Shown in pieces: positions 53,505 to 64,000 of a stretch of 64,000 bases of DNA; within the stretch, counting starts at the first letter, position 1; each line of letters starts with the position of its first letter. The translations under genes and the position numbers were made by a program. The stretch lies in assembly GCA_951406725.2 (NCBI GenBank), contig OX597818.1:126790001-126854000 (forward strand), read 5' to 3'. The notes beneath the pieces were generated by a model. It made no database searches. It saw only the letters and a list, made by a program, of their open reading frames with translations, and had not been told where the DNA came from. Source of the stretch: Octopus vulgaris (taxonomy: Eukaryota).

Positions 53505-55270
53505 CTTAAATATGATTAATTGTTTAAGCTAAGATTACAAATTTATTACCAATTTATAACTACGGAACTAAGATTATGTTTAATAGCTTACAAACAAAAT
53601 CGAAACCGTATGATGAATTAGGGACATTAAAAAGTGATTATTATCTATAAAAAAACATTCGATATTGTTCAATTTTATAATCGTTATAGCTCACTGGATC
53701 GCCAACGAATGTTGTACTTTCCTGTTATTTGTGAAAGGTCTTTGCCTTAAGTTATAGAAGCCAACCTGTAAAAGTTGCCCCTTCCTTCAGGAGACTCGAG
53801 ATAACATCTTGGACAAATGGTAGCAATCTATCTAGGCTACTCATCTAGGTTTAAGCTGAATTCTAAAGCCAGGCAAAACTGTTGGACAAGTGTTATGTAT
53901 TCCCTTCAACTGTGGATTGAGGATGGTGGCTGCTCTCAATATATTATTGGTATTTTACTATCAAGACACTAGGTACGACATTAGACCAATTCTCCCTCAA
54001 TTCTCCTGATGCAATAGAATATCATTGTACTGCGTAAAAATAGAACACTTATAGATTTACTTGTCCTTCGCATCATTCATAGTAAGTCTGCTTACATCAA
54101 CATATCAAAGCAGTAGCAGCGATCGACGGATGCTCTATTTCCGTTTTTCAAAGGCTTTTATTAGGCCGATTTGATAACTGTTTAGTTTTAAACGAAATGT
54201 AAAAGTATGACATGAAATAGAACCTACATTGCCAGCGCAACTTGCCAATTTTCGACTATCTGTAGAATTTGCTATAATTTAAGTTCATTTTCATTTTTTG
54301 GATTAGGTATTAACTTACTCAGCCACAACTACCACCAATACCACCACCTACACTACCACCACCACCATCTACGGCACCACCACCACCGCTACTACTACTA
54401 CTACTACTATCCAGTGGCGATTGTACCGATACTGCCAAGAGCTTTTGTATAGAAAGAGATAAGGATATAGAAAATAATTCAATATTAATCACGAGATCGA
54501 CCAAGTGCACAAAGTCATCATGTACGTGTACGTGTGTTTTATGCGCACATGTCTCTGTATGTGTTATATATAAGTGCGAACTTCAATTCAAAGACTGTTG
54601 TATGTATGTATGTTTGTAATTATGTGTGTATGTATGCATGTATGTATGTATTTACATATGTATGTATGAATGCATGTATGTATGAGTGCTTAACAAACCG
54701 TGAAGCGGTCAGGCATGACACTTCTCTTTTGTTTTATGCGCATCACAGGTAGAGAAAAATGTGTCTACATGCTAAATATTTCTCTTAAAGTCAGGTCTGC
54801 TAATATTTATATTTATTTCAGTGTTTCTGACTCACACTGTTTTATGCATAATATATCTGTTAAAGACGACTCGTCAAAAGCACAATTATATAAACTAAGC
54901 AATCCACCACAGTTATAGCCTAATTTATAACTGCTTTATATAGCAGCTGAATATTAGTGATTGAAATCGAGTATATATCTTAGCGGAGAGGTCAACAATC
55001 CGTGAAATGATCCATAAGAAAACTCCAATTAGATTTTCTGTTCATCGAAAGCATGGGACCGGTTACATGAAAGGAAGAGCTTGAAATATAAAGAACTAGT
55101 TAGAAAATGGCAGGGATAGAGGCTTCTAACTGATGTGGGTTGCCATGTGTTAGCAGCTAGGTCTATTATGTCCTGCTTAGCTCATTTGACTTTTATTTTT
55201 TTTTTTGTCACTTACCCTCAGCGTTTGCGTCGAATTGTTTGTCGATGTAGAAAAGTTGGAAGGTAAGAGG

Positions 55271-55316
<46 letters not shown>

Positions 55317-55322
<6 letters not shown>

Positions 55323-55528
55323 AAGTCAGTCGTTACATCAAGGCGGATGTTTAATGTTACTACTAGTTTAATCCCAGGTTATCTGCACACGCACCAATAA
55401 CCAGCTGGCAGGGAATCTGCCTGGGGTTAAGCTAGTAGTAACATTCAACAGCCACTTTGATATATCGACTGACTTTACTATTTAGTATAGTTACCACTCT
55501 ATCTCAAGAAGAGATAGAGTTGTAACTA
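55317..55528. repeat. Imperfect inverted repeat (62 bp arms) plus a second 18 bp-stem hairpin, between (TA)n tracts
   Basis: 55317-55378 versus 55420-55481 shows about 8 substitutions and no indels. The second hairpin tagttaccactctatctc-aagaa-gagatagagttgtaacta spans 55488-55528. Confidence 0.88.
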
Positions 55529-55544
55529 ATTTGATTATATATAT

Positions 55545-56198
55545 ATTTTATTATTATTTTTTTTATCTAGTTTCAGCTCACGAGCTGTGGCCATGCTGGG
55601 GCACCGCCATTTGGTGTTGCTATATAATTTTACTTCACGAATGCTTTTTAGCAATTGCCATTTGGTGCATGAGAGAGTTCGATGCAGCTGCCCTCATCTG
55701 CACCTCCTGTCGTGAAGTTGGTTCATCTGGGACACCTGACAGGAAGAGATCCAGTTTTATTTTAAAGACATCTGCATCCACCCCATGCAGGTCTCTCAGG
55801 TTCTTCGGGAGGATATTGAAGAGCTGTGGGCCTCTGAAGCCCAGGCTATCACAGTATCTTGTCCTACATCTTGATGGCAAATTTGGAGTCCTTGGCACTA
55901 TGCAGTGGCGCCCAGTTCTAGCATTTGTGTAACTCTCGATGCCAAAGTTTGGGACAAGTCCTTCTAGTATCTTCCAGATGTATATTATGGCATATCTTTC
56001 TCGCCTACGCTCTAAGGAATAGAGTCTTAATCTCTTGAGTCTTTCCCAGTAGCTTATATGCTGCACAGAGGCTATCTTCTTCGTGTAGCTTCGTTGGATC
56101 GCCTCAAGTTCTGTGATTAACTTGACACTGGATGGTGACCATAGCTGAGAGCAATAGTCAAAGTGGCTTAGGATAAGTGTCCTCCAGAGGACCATCAT
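55545..56198 (-). mobile_element. CR1-clade LINE 3' end, young
   Basis: Uninterrupted ORF 55635-56198 (LSHFDYCSQLWSP..LEAIQRSYTK..YWERLKRLRLYSLERRRER..GPQLFNILP), then a short 3' UTR and A/TAA tail. Confidence 0.93.
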
Positions 56199-56257
56199 AT
56201 ATATGTTTATCGAATTTGTGTTAATGTGTATAGAATAAATATATCAGTTATATAAAC

Positions 56258-56530
56258 AATTGCATCGTTGAGATGTTTGTAAGCCATTTAAGAACACACA
56301 AAACCCGTTAGTTTCACTTCAACATTTAAATACACAAAATGTCGTCAATGAACAGGTCGCGGTTTGGAAGCGATGAAAATATTTTGACACAAATTTAATT
56401 TAAATATTGAAGTGAAACTGACGGTTTTTTTGTCCTTAAATGGCCGACAAGCATCTTCCACGCTGCAATTGTTTTTGCTTCAGCACACGATCTCAGATCA
56501 TGTTACTTGCAATGCAGGTACATCTCCGTA
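56258..56530 (+). mobile_element. PLE-like family H copy with an inverted 5' partial duplicate and a degenerate hammerhead (56344-56388)
   Basis: 56258-56332 is the reverse complement of 56398-56472 (diverged). Motif gtca-ATGAACA-ggtcgc..gcgat-GAAA-atattt-tgac. Confidence 0.75.
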
Positions 56531-57109
56531 TTGTGTGTGTGTGTCCTCTGACGTATTTTGTAATATGCATTCGTGCTTCTGTGAGTGTATGTTTGCATGG
56601 GAATTGTTAGATTTGAGAACACGTTTGCGAATGTTTGTGTATTCTTGTGTTTGTATGTGACTGTAAGATTGTGTGTTTCTGTGCGTTCGACTGCGTTTTG
56701 AAATGCTTTTCGTAAATTTGGCATTCAACAATGGAGAGTACTAGATTTTTAAAACGTCAAGTGATATTTGATATTTTTGAATCGCTTGGTCAGCAAATAA
56801 TACATATTTAGAGAATAATATTTAAAAAACAAGAAAGAAAGTTAAATGTTGAAAGTATGTCACATCAGCAAGAAATTCTGAACTATAAATTAACAAGGAT
56901 GACGATAATTATGACAATGATGACGATGATGATGATGAGAAGGAGTGGGAGGAGGAGGAAGAGGAAGGGAAGGAGGAAGAGGAAGAGAAGGAGGAGGAGG
57001 ATAGCGATGATGAAATCTAAGATGTGTGACAGGAATGCAGTAAGACGTAAATATATGTGAAAAGTCAGAAATATATACAGAAAATACATAATAACGAAAT
57101 ACAAAAAGA

Positions 57110-57790
57110 ACACTTGATAATACGAAATATATTGAAGTATATAGAAACATAAACATTTAATAATGAGGAATATTTAACATAAACTTTTAATAATGAGAAA
57201 CATTTAAACATAGAGAAATATATATCAAACAATGAAACATATATTTAAGTATATAGAAATACATTTACATTTAACAATGAGAAATACATTTAAGCATATA
57301 GAAATATATGAAATATGAAAAATACATTTAAACATATAGAAATACATATATACACACACATATATACGTTTAACAATGAAAATGCATTTAAGCATACAGA
57401 AATACATATAAAAGTGAGAAATACATTTCAACATACGGAAATACAATTTACATTTAACACTGAAAAATAATTTCTTAACATAGAAATATATGTGTGTGTG
57501 TGTGTGTGTATCTATGTGTGTGTATATACGTGTGTGTGTGCGTGTGTCTATATATATATGTATGTATGTATATATACATATATATATATGTGTGTGTGCG
57601 TGTGTGTGTGTGTGTGTGTATGTATATATACGTATGTATACACACACACACATATTGAATGCTTTTGACAATGAGAAATATATTTACACACAGAAATATA
57701 TACAATTAAGAAACAAGAAATACATTTAACATATAGAGGTATATACATGTATGTATATATATGTATATGTAGATATAGAAATATAGAAAT
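57110..57790. repeat. Degenerate AT-rich minisatellite interrupted by CA/TA microsatellite
   Basis: Recurrent aatgagaaatacatttaa / catatagaaata units. Confidence 0.7.
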
Positions 57791-57796
57791 CTATGC

Positions 57797-57854
<58 letters not shown>

Positions 57855-57855
57855 G

Positions 57856-57889
<34 letters not shown>

Positions 57890-57894
57890 ATATA

Positions 57895-57939
<45 letters not shown>

Positions 57940-58679
57940 ACATGTATATGTATATATATATGTGTGTGCCTGTGTGTGTATCTGTGTATTTTTGTGTGTA
58001 ACATAGATATTTACAAAGTGATTGAGATGTCTATTTAGCATTAAAAGAAATCGGTTCAGGTTATTTGAGGTCAGTTTTGGTCTCGACTCCTCGTAACTTT
58101 CTCTCTCACCATCATCTCAACTTTATTCATTAGAATATTCGGCCACAGACCCTCCATCGACTGCTACAGATTAGGGATTCCAACAGAGCTTTTCGTTCAT
58201 GTGAACGTCTTTTTCCAAGATATTATCTTCACGGGGTGACAGACATTAGTAATTTAAACCAATGATGCCCTCATCAAGACTTTTGAGATGCCACTTCTGC
58301 TGATCTAGAGTTGTTTGAACTACGCGATCGATATTTGCAAATAGATGAGATGGACTTATGTTACCAGCAACGCCATGATATCTGTGCTGGCCATAGATAT
58401 TGTGGCGTAGTTTGTAACATATGGAGAATATTACAAAAAAATTAAACGTTTCATTAACCATAATGAAAACATAAAGAAAAAGTAAACAATACCAGCAACA
58501 GCAATAATAATAAATGAGTTTTCAGTGTAGGAATATATTTATAAATATGCTTATGTATGTATTTTGTGCATATGTATGTGTATATTAATTAGTTTGGTCC
58601 AAAGAAAAGGCTGCTTTCGTAGATTTCTTAACCCCACTCTCCATAGACCCGAGGTCTATGTGGTTAATTGAAAATTAAT

Positions 58680-59250
58680 GTTTGCAAAAAAGAAAAAATG
58701 CTGGATGGGAGCCCAAGAGATACCGATCTTCTTGGAGAGCAGAACTGGAAGCAATGGTAAGAGCGAGATTATGAGGGCGAGGATTTTTCACTGCATGTGT
58801 GAAAGAAACTATTGAATTTGCAGTTTTGAAATGGTTGAATGAATCCGGTGCAAAGTCAAACAATTCCGAAGAGAAGAAATGACTGAAGTAGTGTCGAAAA
58901 AAAGCAGAGAGAAAAGATAAGCACATATGTGGATCAGAAGTTGATCTATATATAAGATGGAGAGCAATTTCATGAGAATCAGTCATGGAGCGATTTTCTA
59001 GCAGCGCTCTAGATTGTCACTAAATGTGTAATACTAGACACGACATAGAAGTATTAATTTATAGTTTTTACTTGTGCTTTGCAATGATTAGCAGTTCTAA
59101 CGGAGAGGGATCTGCATTGCATTCTGATATCAAGGATGAAAAATCAAACTTCTTGATTTAGTCTTTCCCATGCTGAGGATGTACAATGACCAAGATAGAT
59201 TCTGGAAGAGGCAGAGGCGCAGCATTTGTAACAACCATTAACATTTTAGA
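58680..59250 (-). mobile_element. Old CR1/L2-group LINE 3' remnant
   Basis: ORF 58675-58986 reads CLSFLSAFFRHYFSHFFSSELFDFAP, resembling LSLFYRYFxGxCSSELxxLVP. Confidence 0.4.
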
Positions 59251-59257
59251 TGCAGGT

Positions 59258-59590
59258 TACTCTCTTTTACTCTTTTAGATGTTTCAGTCATTTGACTGAG
59301 ACCATGTTGGAATACCGCCTTTAGTCGAGCAAATCGACCCCAGGACTTATGCTTTGTAAGCCTAGTACTTATTCTATCGGTCTCTTTTGCCGAACCGCTA
59401 GGTTACGGGGACGTAAACACACCAGCATCAGTTGTCAAGCGATGTTGGAAGAACAAACACAGACACACAAAGGTATACACACACACTCATATATATACAT
59501 ATATACGACGGGCTTATTTCAGTTTCCTTCTACCAAATCCACTCACAAGGCTTTGGTCGGCCCGAGGCTACAGTAGAAGACACTTGCCAG
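59258..59590 (-). mobile_element. SINE family A, 5'-truncated
   Basis: Match to the family body and tail. Confidence 0.88.
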
Positions 59591-60343
59591 GTTATTCATA
59601 TTTTAGCATTTTTGTTTTCTCTTTTTGTGTGTGTATGTGTGTGTGTGTGTATGTGTGCGTGTGTGTGTGTACGTGGGCGTGCGTGCGAAGGCTCAAAAAT
59701 ATTGTTCCGGTCCTGTTACTAACCGATGAAATAATATATTTCCACCTTTAAAAAAAATGCACCTTGGTGAAGTTTTGAAAGGATTTAGGAGAATTTTCAC
59801 TGCTATAACCGACCCATTTTATTAATGGTCTCAAACGAACAAGTCGATAGTAAAGGGATTCGAATTCAGTATTTGCTGAAAATAAGCAGCATAAGGCACT
59901 TGATTATTGCTTTCGTGGTTGTATAAACTTCATCGACCCATCGTACACATTTGATGATACAAATGCAATGGGAATCAATGAGGCTTCATAGTGTTTGCAA
60001 AATATCTTACTGATTCCATGTTTGTAGCAAAAACAACTTTCACCAAGGGAAAAGAAACAAAAAAAAAAAGACAGATTAAACTGAACTAGGAAAGAAAGAA
60101 ATGGATTTCTTACATAGGCATAAGGTCACACATTTTCGGCGACAGAAAGATCGAATATATCCGAAACAATACTGGATCCGTATTCCTATTATCGACCCCA
60201 CAAAGATAACCTCCTCATCGGCAAGATTCGAATTTCGATCGTAAACGTTTGTAACTACATGCCACAAGGCAGATCTAATATTGATTATATCTAAACATTG
60301 ATTATAGAATGTAGATGAATTTTTAAACTCACTATCCATATTG

Positions 60344-60402
<59 letters not shown>

Positions 60403-60403
60403 C

Positions 60404-60474
<71 letters not shown>

Positions 60475-60609
60475 AGATGTACTCGCATAGCAAGTAATTT
60501 GATCTGAGATCGTGTGCTGAAACGAAAACAATTGCAGCGTGGAAGGTGTTTATAACCCATTTAAGAAACACACAAAAGCCGTTCGATTCACTTCAACATT
60601 TAAGTTTAA

Positions 60610-60659
60610 TTTGTCAAAATATTTTCGTCGCTAAAATCCGCGACCTGTTCACTGACAAA
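60610..60659 (-). ncRNA. Hammerhead variant with G3-C8 core pair
   Basis: Mirror image of 60682-60731. Confidence 0.7.
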
Positions 60660-60681
60660 AATCCGTGCTGCATCACGGATT

Positions 60682-60731
60682 TTTGTCAGTGAACAGGTCG
60701 CGGATTTTAGCGACGAAAATATTTTGACAAA
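60682..60731 (+). ncRNA. Hammerhead variant with G3-C8 core pair
   Basis: tttgtca-GTGAACA-g-gtcgc(ggatttta)gcgac-GAAA-ata-TTT-tgacaaa: 7-bp stem I, 5-bp stem II, palindromic AATATT stem III. Confidence 0.7.
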
Positions 60732-60808
60732 TTAAACTTAAATGTTGAAGTAAATCGAACAGCTTTTGTGTGTTTCTTAAATGGGTTATAAACACCTTCC
60801 ACGCTGCA

Positions 60809-60883
<75 letters not shown>

Positions 60884-61227
60884 GAAATTTTCATCAATAG
60901 GGTCAGCATTTGAATTAAATAAATGAATGCTGGTTGTGTAATGGAGCGATTAACACTTCATAGTCTTCCTTAGATGTGGTGAAGTTCTTTCTTCTCATAA
61001 CACTGAAAAGCCATACGTAAAACTTCAATAAAAATTGAGATTTCGGTCACTGGTTTCTCGAGAAAAATGTTGTCTTTGTTTAATTTAACTTTTAACTCAA
61101 ATCTAAGGAAACTGAAAATGTTCTTCCACGTATGTAATGTTTAGGAAACAGCCATTACTTCAAAGCAATTCATAATTGAAGAAGTGTATAGACTGCACAG
61201 GATTCGTTTAATAGCACATATACAGAC

Positions 61228-61650
61228 ATAGCTGTGTTGTAAGAAGCTTGCTTACCAACCACATGGTTCCTGGTTCAGGCCAGTGCGTGGCACCTTGGGC
61301 AAGTGTCGTCTAATATAACCTCGGGCCATCTAAGCCCTATGAGTGGATTTAGTAGACGGAAACTGAGAGAAGCCCGTCGTGTGAATATATGTATGTGTGT
61401 GCATGTGTGCATGTGTGTGTATGTGCTTGTGTGCGACTTTGTGTCTGTGTTTCCCTACCCCATTCCATGACAACCGGTGTTTACGTCCCCGTAATCTAGC
61501 GGTTCGGCAAAGCAGTCCGATAGAATAAGTACTAGGCTTAAAAAGCAAGACCTGGGGTCGGTTTATTCGACTAAAATCCATCAAGGTGCTGCTCCAGCAT
61601 GGCTGCAGTCAAATGACTGAAACTAATAAAAGAATAAAAGAATAGAAGAA
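61228..61650 (+). mobile_element. SINE family A, full length, diverged
   Basis: Head, CORE-like segment, internal microsatellite and taaaagaa tail. Confidence 0.88.
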
Positions 61651-61872
61651 TATATATATATGTATACGTATATATAAATACATATGAATGTATTTATGTA
61701 TGTATGCATGTATGTATATATATATATATATATATACATGCACATATATTATTAAGAGAAATATCCTCTATTATGCAATCTAATAGTGAAAGACATTATC
61801 CATATATAGAAAAAATTAAATATACTATAATAAATATTTTTTTAAATCAATAAATTGAAGAAACATTAAACT

Positions 61873-61986
61873 GACTACGCGCATTTCGTGACTATATCTT
61901 TAAATCGATAATGATAAGATCGATACTATTAAAATAAATTCGATTTAAAATTAATTCGATTTAAAAATATAGCCACTTTTCAGGTC
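61873..61986 (-). ncRNA. Type I hammerhead motif with a long stem II (G8A change)
   Basis: gac-CTGAAAA-gtggctatat...atatagtcac-GAAAT-gcgc-GTA-gtc. Confidence 0.6.
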
Positions 61987-62533
61987 TAAAATAAAATAAA
62001 TGTATGTATCTGAACATATAATAATTAACAAATAAATATAGAAATATACGTATCGTAACAATAAATAATCGAATAAAATTTAACAATATTAATGAAAAAT
62101 AAAATCATAACATCTTATTGAAGAATACCAGTCAACTGAAATTGTAAATTTTAAACTTAGAACCTAGTGTTTCTAAGAAATTTATCACGTGGAAACATGA
62201 CATAAATAATAACTAGAGAATAAATTGATAGAAATATGTATCTTAGCTGTGAAAATAAGAAATAAACTAGATGTAACATACCATTTATTGAAAAATTCTA
62301 AATTCTCAATAATTTAAGACTAAAATACGTAAAATACATAAAATATACTAAATTTCTATAACTTAATCTATATTCATCAATCTATTTATTTATTTTATAA
62401 ACAATTTGGTTTAGTCTAATTCTAATTGTGCAATATACCCTACATAATCTACTGCTAATTTATACTCATTATACAACTACAATTTATAACTACAAAAATT
62501 AGTAACATAAATCAGTGTTTATATACACACAAA

Positions 62534-62935
62534 TTAGCTAAACTTATTATATAAATAATTTAACTTATGCCTACATGTAATTTTTCGCTCATCTTGCAAA
62601 TTAATGAATTTTTTATTATTAGATAGTAATATCTCCATAAATTCATTTGTACATAGTAAACAAAAATGTTTACCTATTCGATAAGATTTAGATTTACAAA
62701 CTATTTCCCAATTTAAATTATACTTAGTTCCTTTAGATTTCAATCCCCATACATATTTGCTAAGGCCAGTAGAATTGGTCAATGTTTTATTTTTAAATGA
62801 ATGCATGTGTTGAGCTACCCTTAATTTAATTTTATTAGAAGTCGACCCCACGTAAATCGCATTTAAATTATAGCTATTCCTATTAATATTTTCATCAATC
62901 AAAGTCACTACACATTTATATACTACATCATCCAA
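62534..62935 (-). pseudogene. PLE GIY-YIG endonuclease domain
   Basis: VVYKC..YVGST..KLRVAQHMHSF..STGLSKYVWGLK..CLLCTNE..CRHK. An in-frame TAA lies just upstream. Confidence 0.9.
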
Positions 62936-64000
62936 ATTACATTTATTTTAAAATTTACATTTTGTCATATCTCTACATGTACAATTAATTATATTCTGGT
63001 CTTTATTATTATTAGAATAATTATTCAATTTGTTAATGTAAGACTTATTCAGCTTAAATTTATTAAAAGAACAAATAATGTTACCAATATTATTAGTAGT
63101 AGAATAACCAACTCCAAAATTATTACTAGAAAGAAATGTTATATTTTTATTATCTATAATGAATACTTCAATTAGTTTTAATATCTCTTTAATAATGTTT
63201 CTTTTAACTTGAGCCCCATAAGAAATAATTATATAAATTTTATTTTGTTCTTATTATTAACATTATTTATTTTTATTAAATTATTATATCTATTATTATC
63301 ATTAAACAATTAAATTTATTTTTATCTTTTAGTCTATTATATTTGTTTTTTGTATTATCGTAATTCCTATTATTAAAACCATAATTACCTAAATAATATA
63401 TATATATTTATACACGTGTTGAGGCTGTAAGTACGTATGCATGTTTGTATACATGCATGTGCGTTTGTAAGTATGAATTTATGCATGTATATATATATAT
63501 GTATTTACATATGTATGCATGAATGTCTGTATGAATTACGTATGCACGCGTGTATTAATTTATACATATATATGTATGTATGTGTGTGTATGTATGTATC
63601 TCTCTATGTATGCATTCATGTATGTACACATAGATTGAAGCACTGTGACGTTAGAGTTGGGTGCGTTAATTGTAAACATCTGCAAGGTGAAATATTGGAA
63701 GAGTGGCGAATGTAGCACATAAGGCACTCTTTAGAACGTGTGAATATAGCGTAATTTAGAGATAAGCTAAATCCGTTTTGACAAGATGTACATAGCATCA
63801 CGGTATGATATAGAATACATAGCCATGCTATGGTGATAGGGTGTACGTTTACAGGGTGCTCTAAAAGTAACAAAAAAAGGATAAATCCATGTGTCACATG
63901 TGAAGAAACATGCCTTTGTCTTGGTGAACACGATGTAATCAAACTTTGACGCAGTGAAACAATAAAAGATATTGAAAAAAAGGGGAGGAGCATGTAAAGA

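Larger units (their letters stand above)
60472..60812. mobile_element. PLE-like family H copy forming a ~140 bp-arm palindrome with two back-to-back hammerhead variants
   Basis: Arms 60528-60667 and 60674-60813 differ at two positions around a 6 nt spacer (ctgcat). (TA)n flanks both sides. Confidence 0.9.
61750..63400 (-). mobile_element. 5'-truncated Penelope-like retroelement (RT C-terminus, GIY-YIG endonuclease, 3' region with hammerhead)
   Basis: Upstream in-frame GVGYSTTNNIGNII and CTCRDMTKC lead into the GIY-YIG ORF. A hammerhead lies downstream, and TA-rich tracts flank the element. Confidence 0.9.

Noticed and set aside
55210-55272. Minus-strand donor G|GTAAGT that would add YIDKQFDANAE in frame to the peptide precursor
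   Set aside because: There is no acceptor AG before the (TA)n tract, and the motif is explained by the local hairpin.
56857-57156. Arg/Lys-rich, protamine-like ORF and its hydrophobic antisense ORFs
   Set aside because: They derive from (GAT)n/(GAG)n simple repeats and have no splice or family support.
60120-60230. CCGATGA...GAAA on the minus strand, and ORF 60076-60531
   Set aside because: Stems I and III cannot be formed. The ORF starts in a repeat, runs through (TA)n and shows no recognisable domain.
63616-63993. 125 aa minus-strand ORF with a hydrophobic start, as a possible signal-peptide exon
   Set aside because: No recognisable motif or good splice donor links it to the 53 kb exons, and it lies at the window edge.

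Overview
Eukaryotic, very AT-rich and microsatellite-dense DNA, most likely from an octopus or related coleoid cephalopod. That inference rests on two recurrent tRNA-derived SINE families and the (TA)n/(CA)n/(TATG)n load. Most entries in the ORF track are translated microsatellites. Much of the window is transposon debris: three mariner copies, one Tc1, one maT/DD37D, one hAT (Buster/Charlie), RTE, CR1 and RLE-type LINE fragments, a non-autonomous Helitron, and many SINEs. Four things stand out. (1) About ten hammerhead-ribozyme-like motifs lie in Penelope-like element ends inserted in (TA)n, including G3-C8 and A3-U8 compensatory core variants and fold-back copies. (2) A 3.35 kb element with ~200 bp TIRs is filled by a bipartite, helically phased higher-order satellite. 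(3) Three unrelated long, indel-free imperfect hairpins are present. (4) A candidate host exon on the minus strand, absent from the ORF track, encodes GKKKR plus an associated peptide, the signature of an amidated neuropeptide precursor; a possible long 3' UTR exon follows it. All calls were made by eye, and the boundaries of degraded repeats are approximate.
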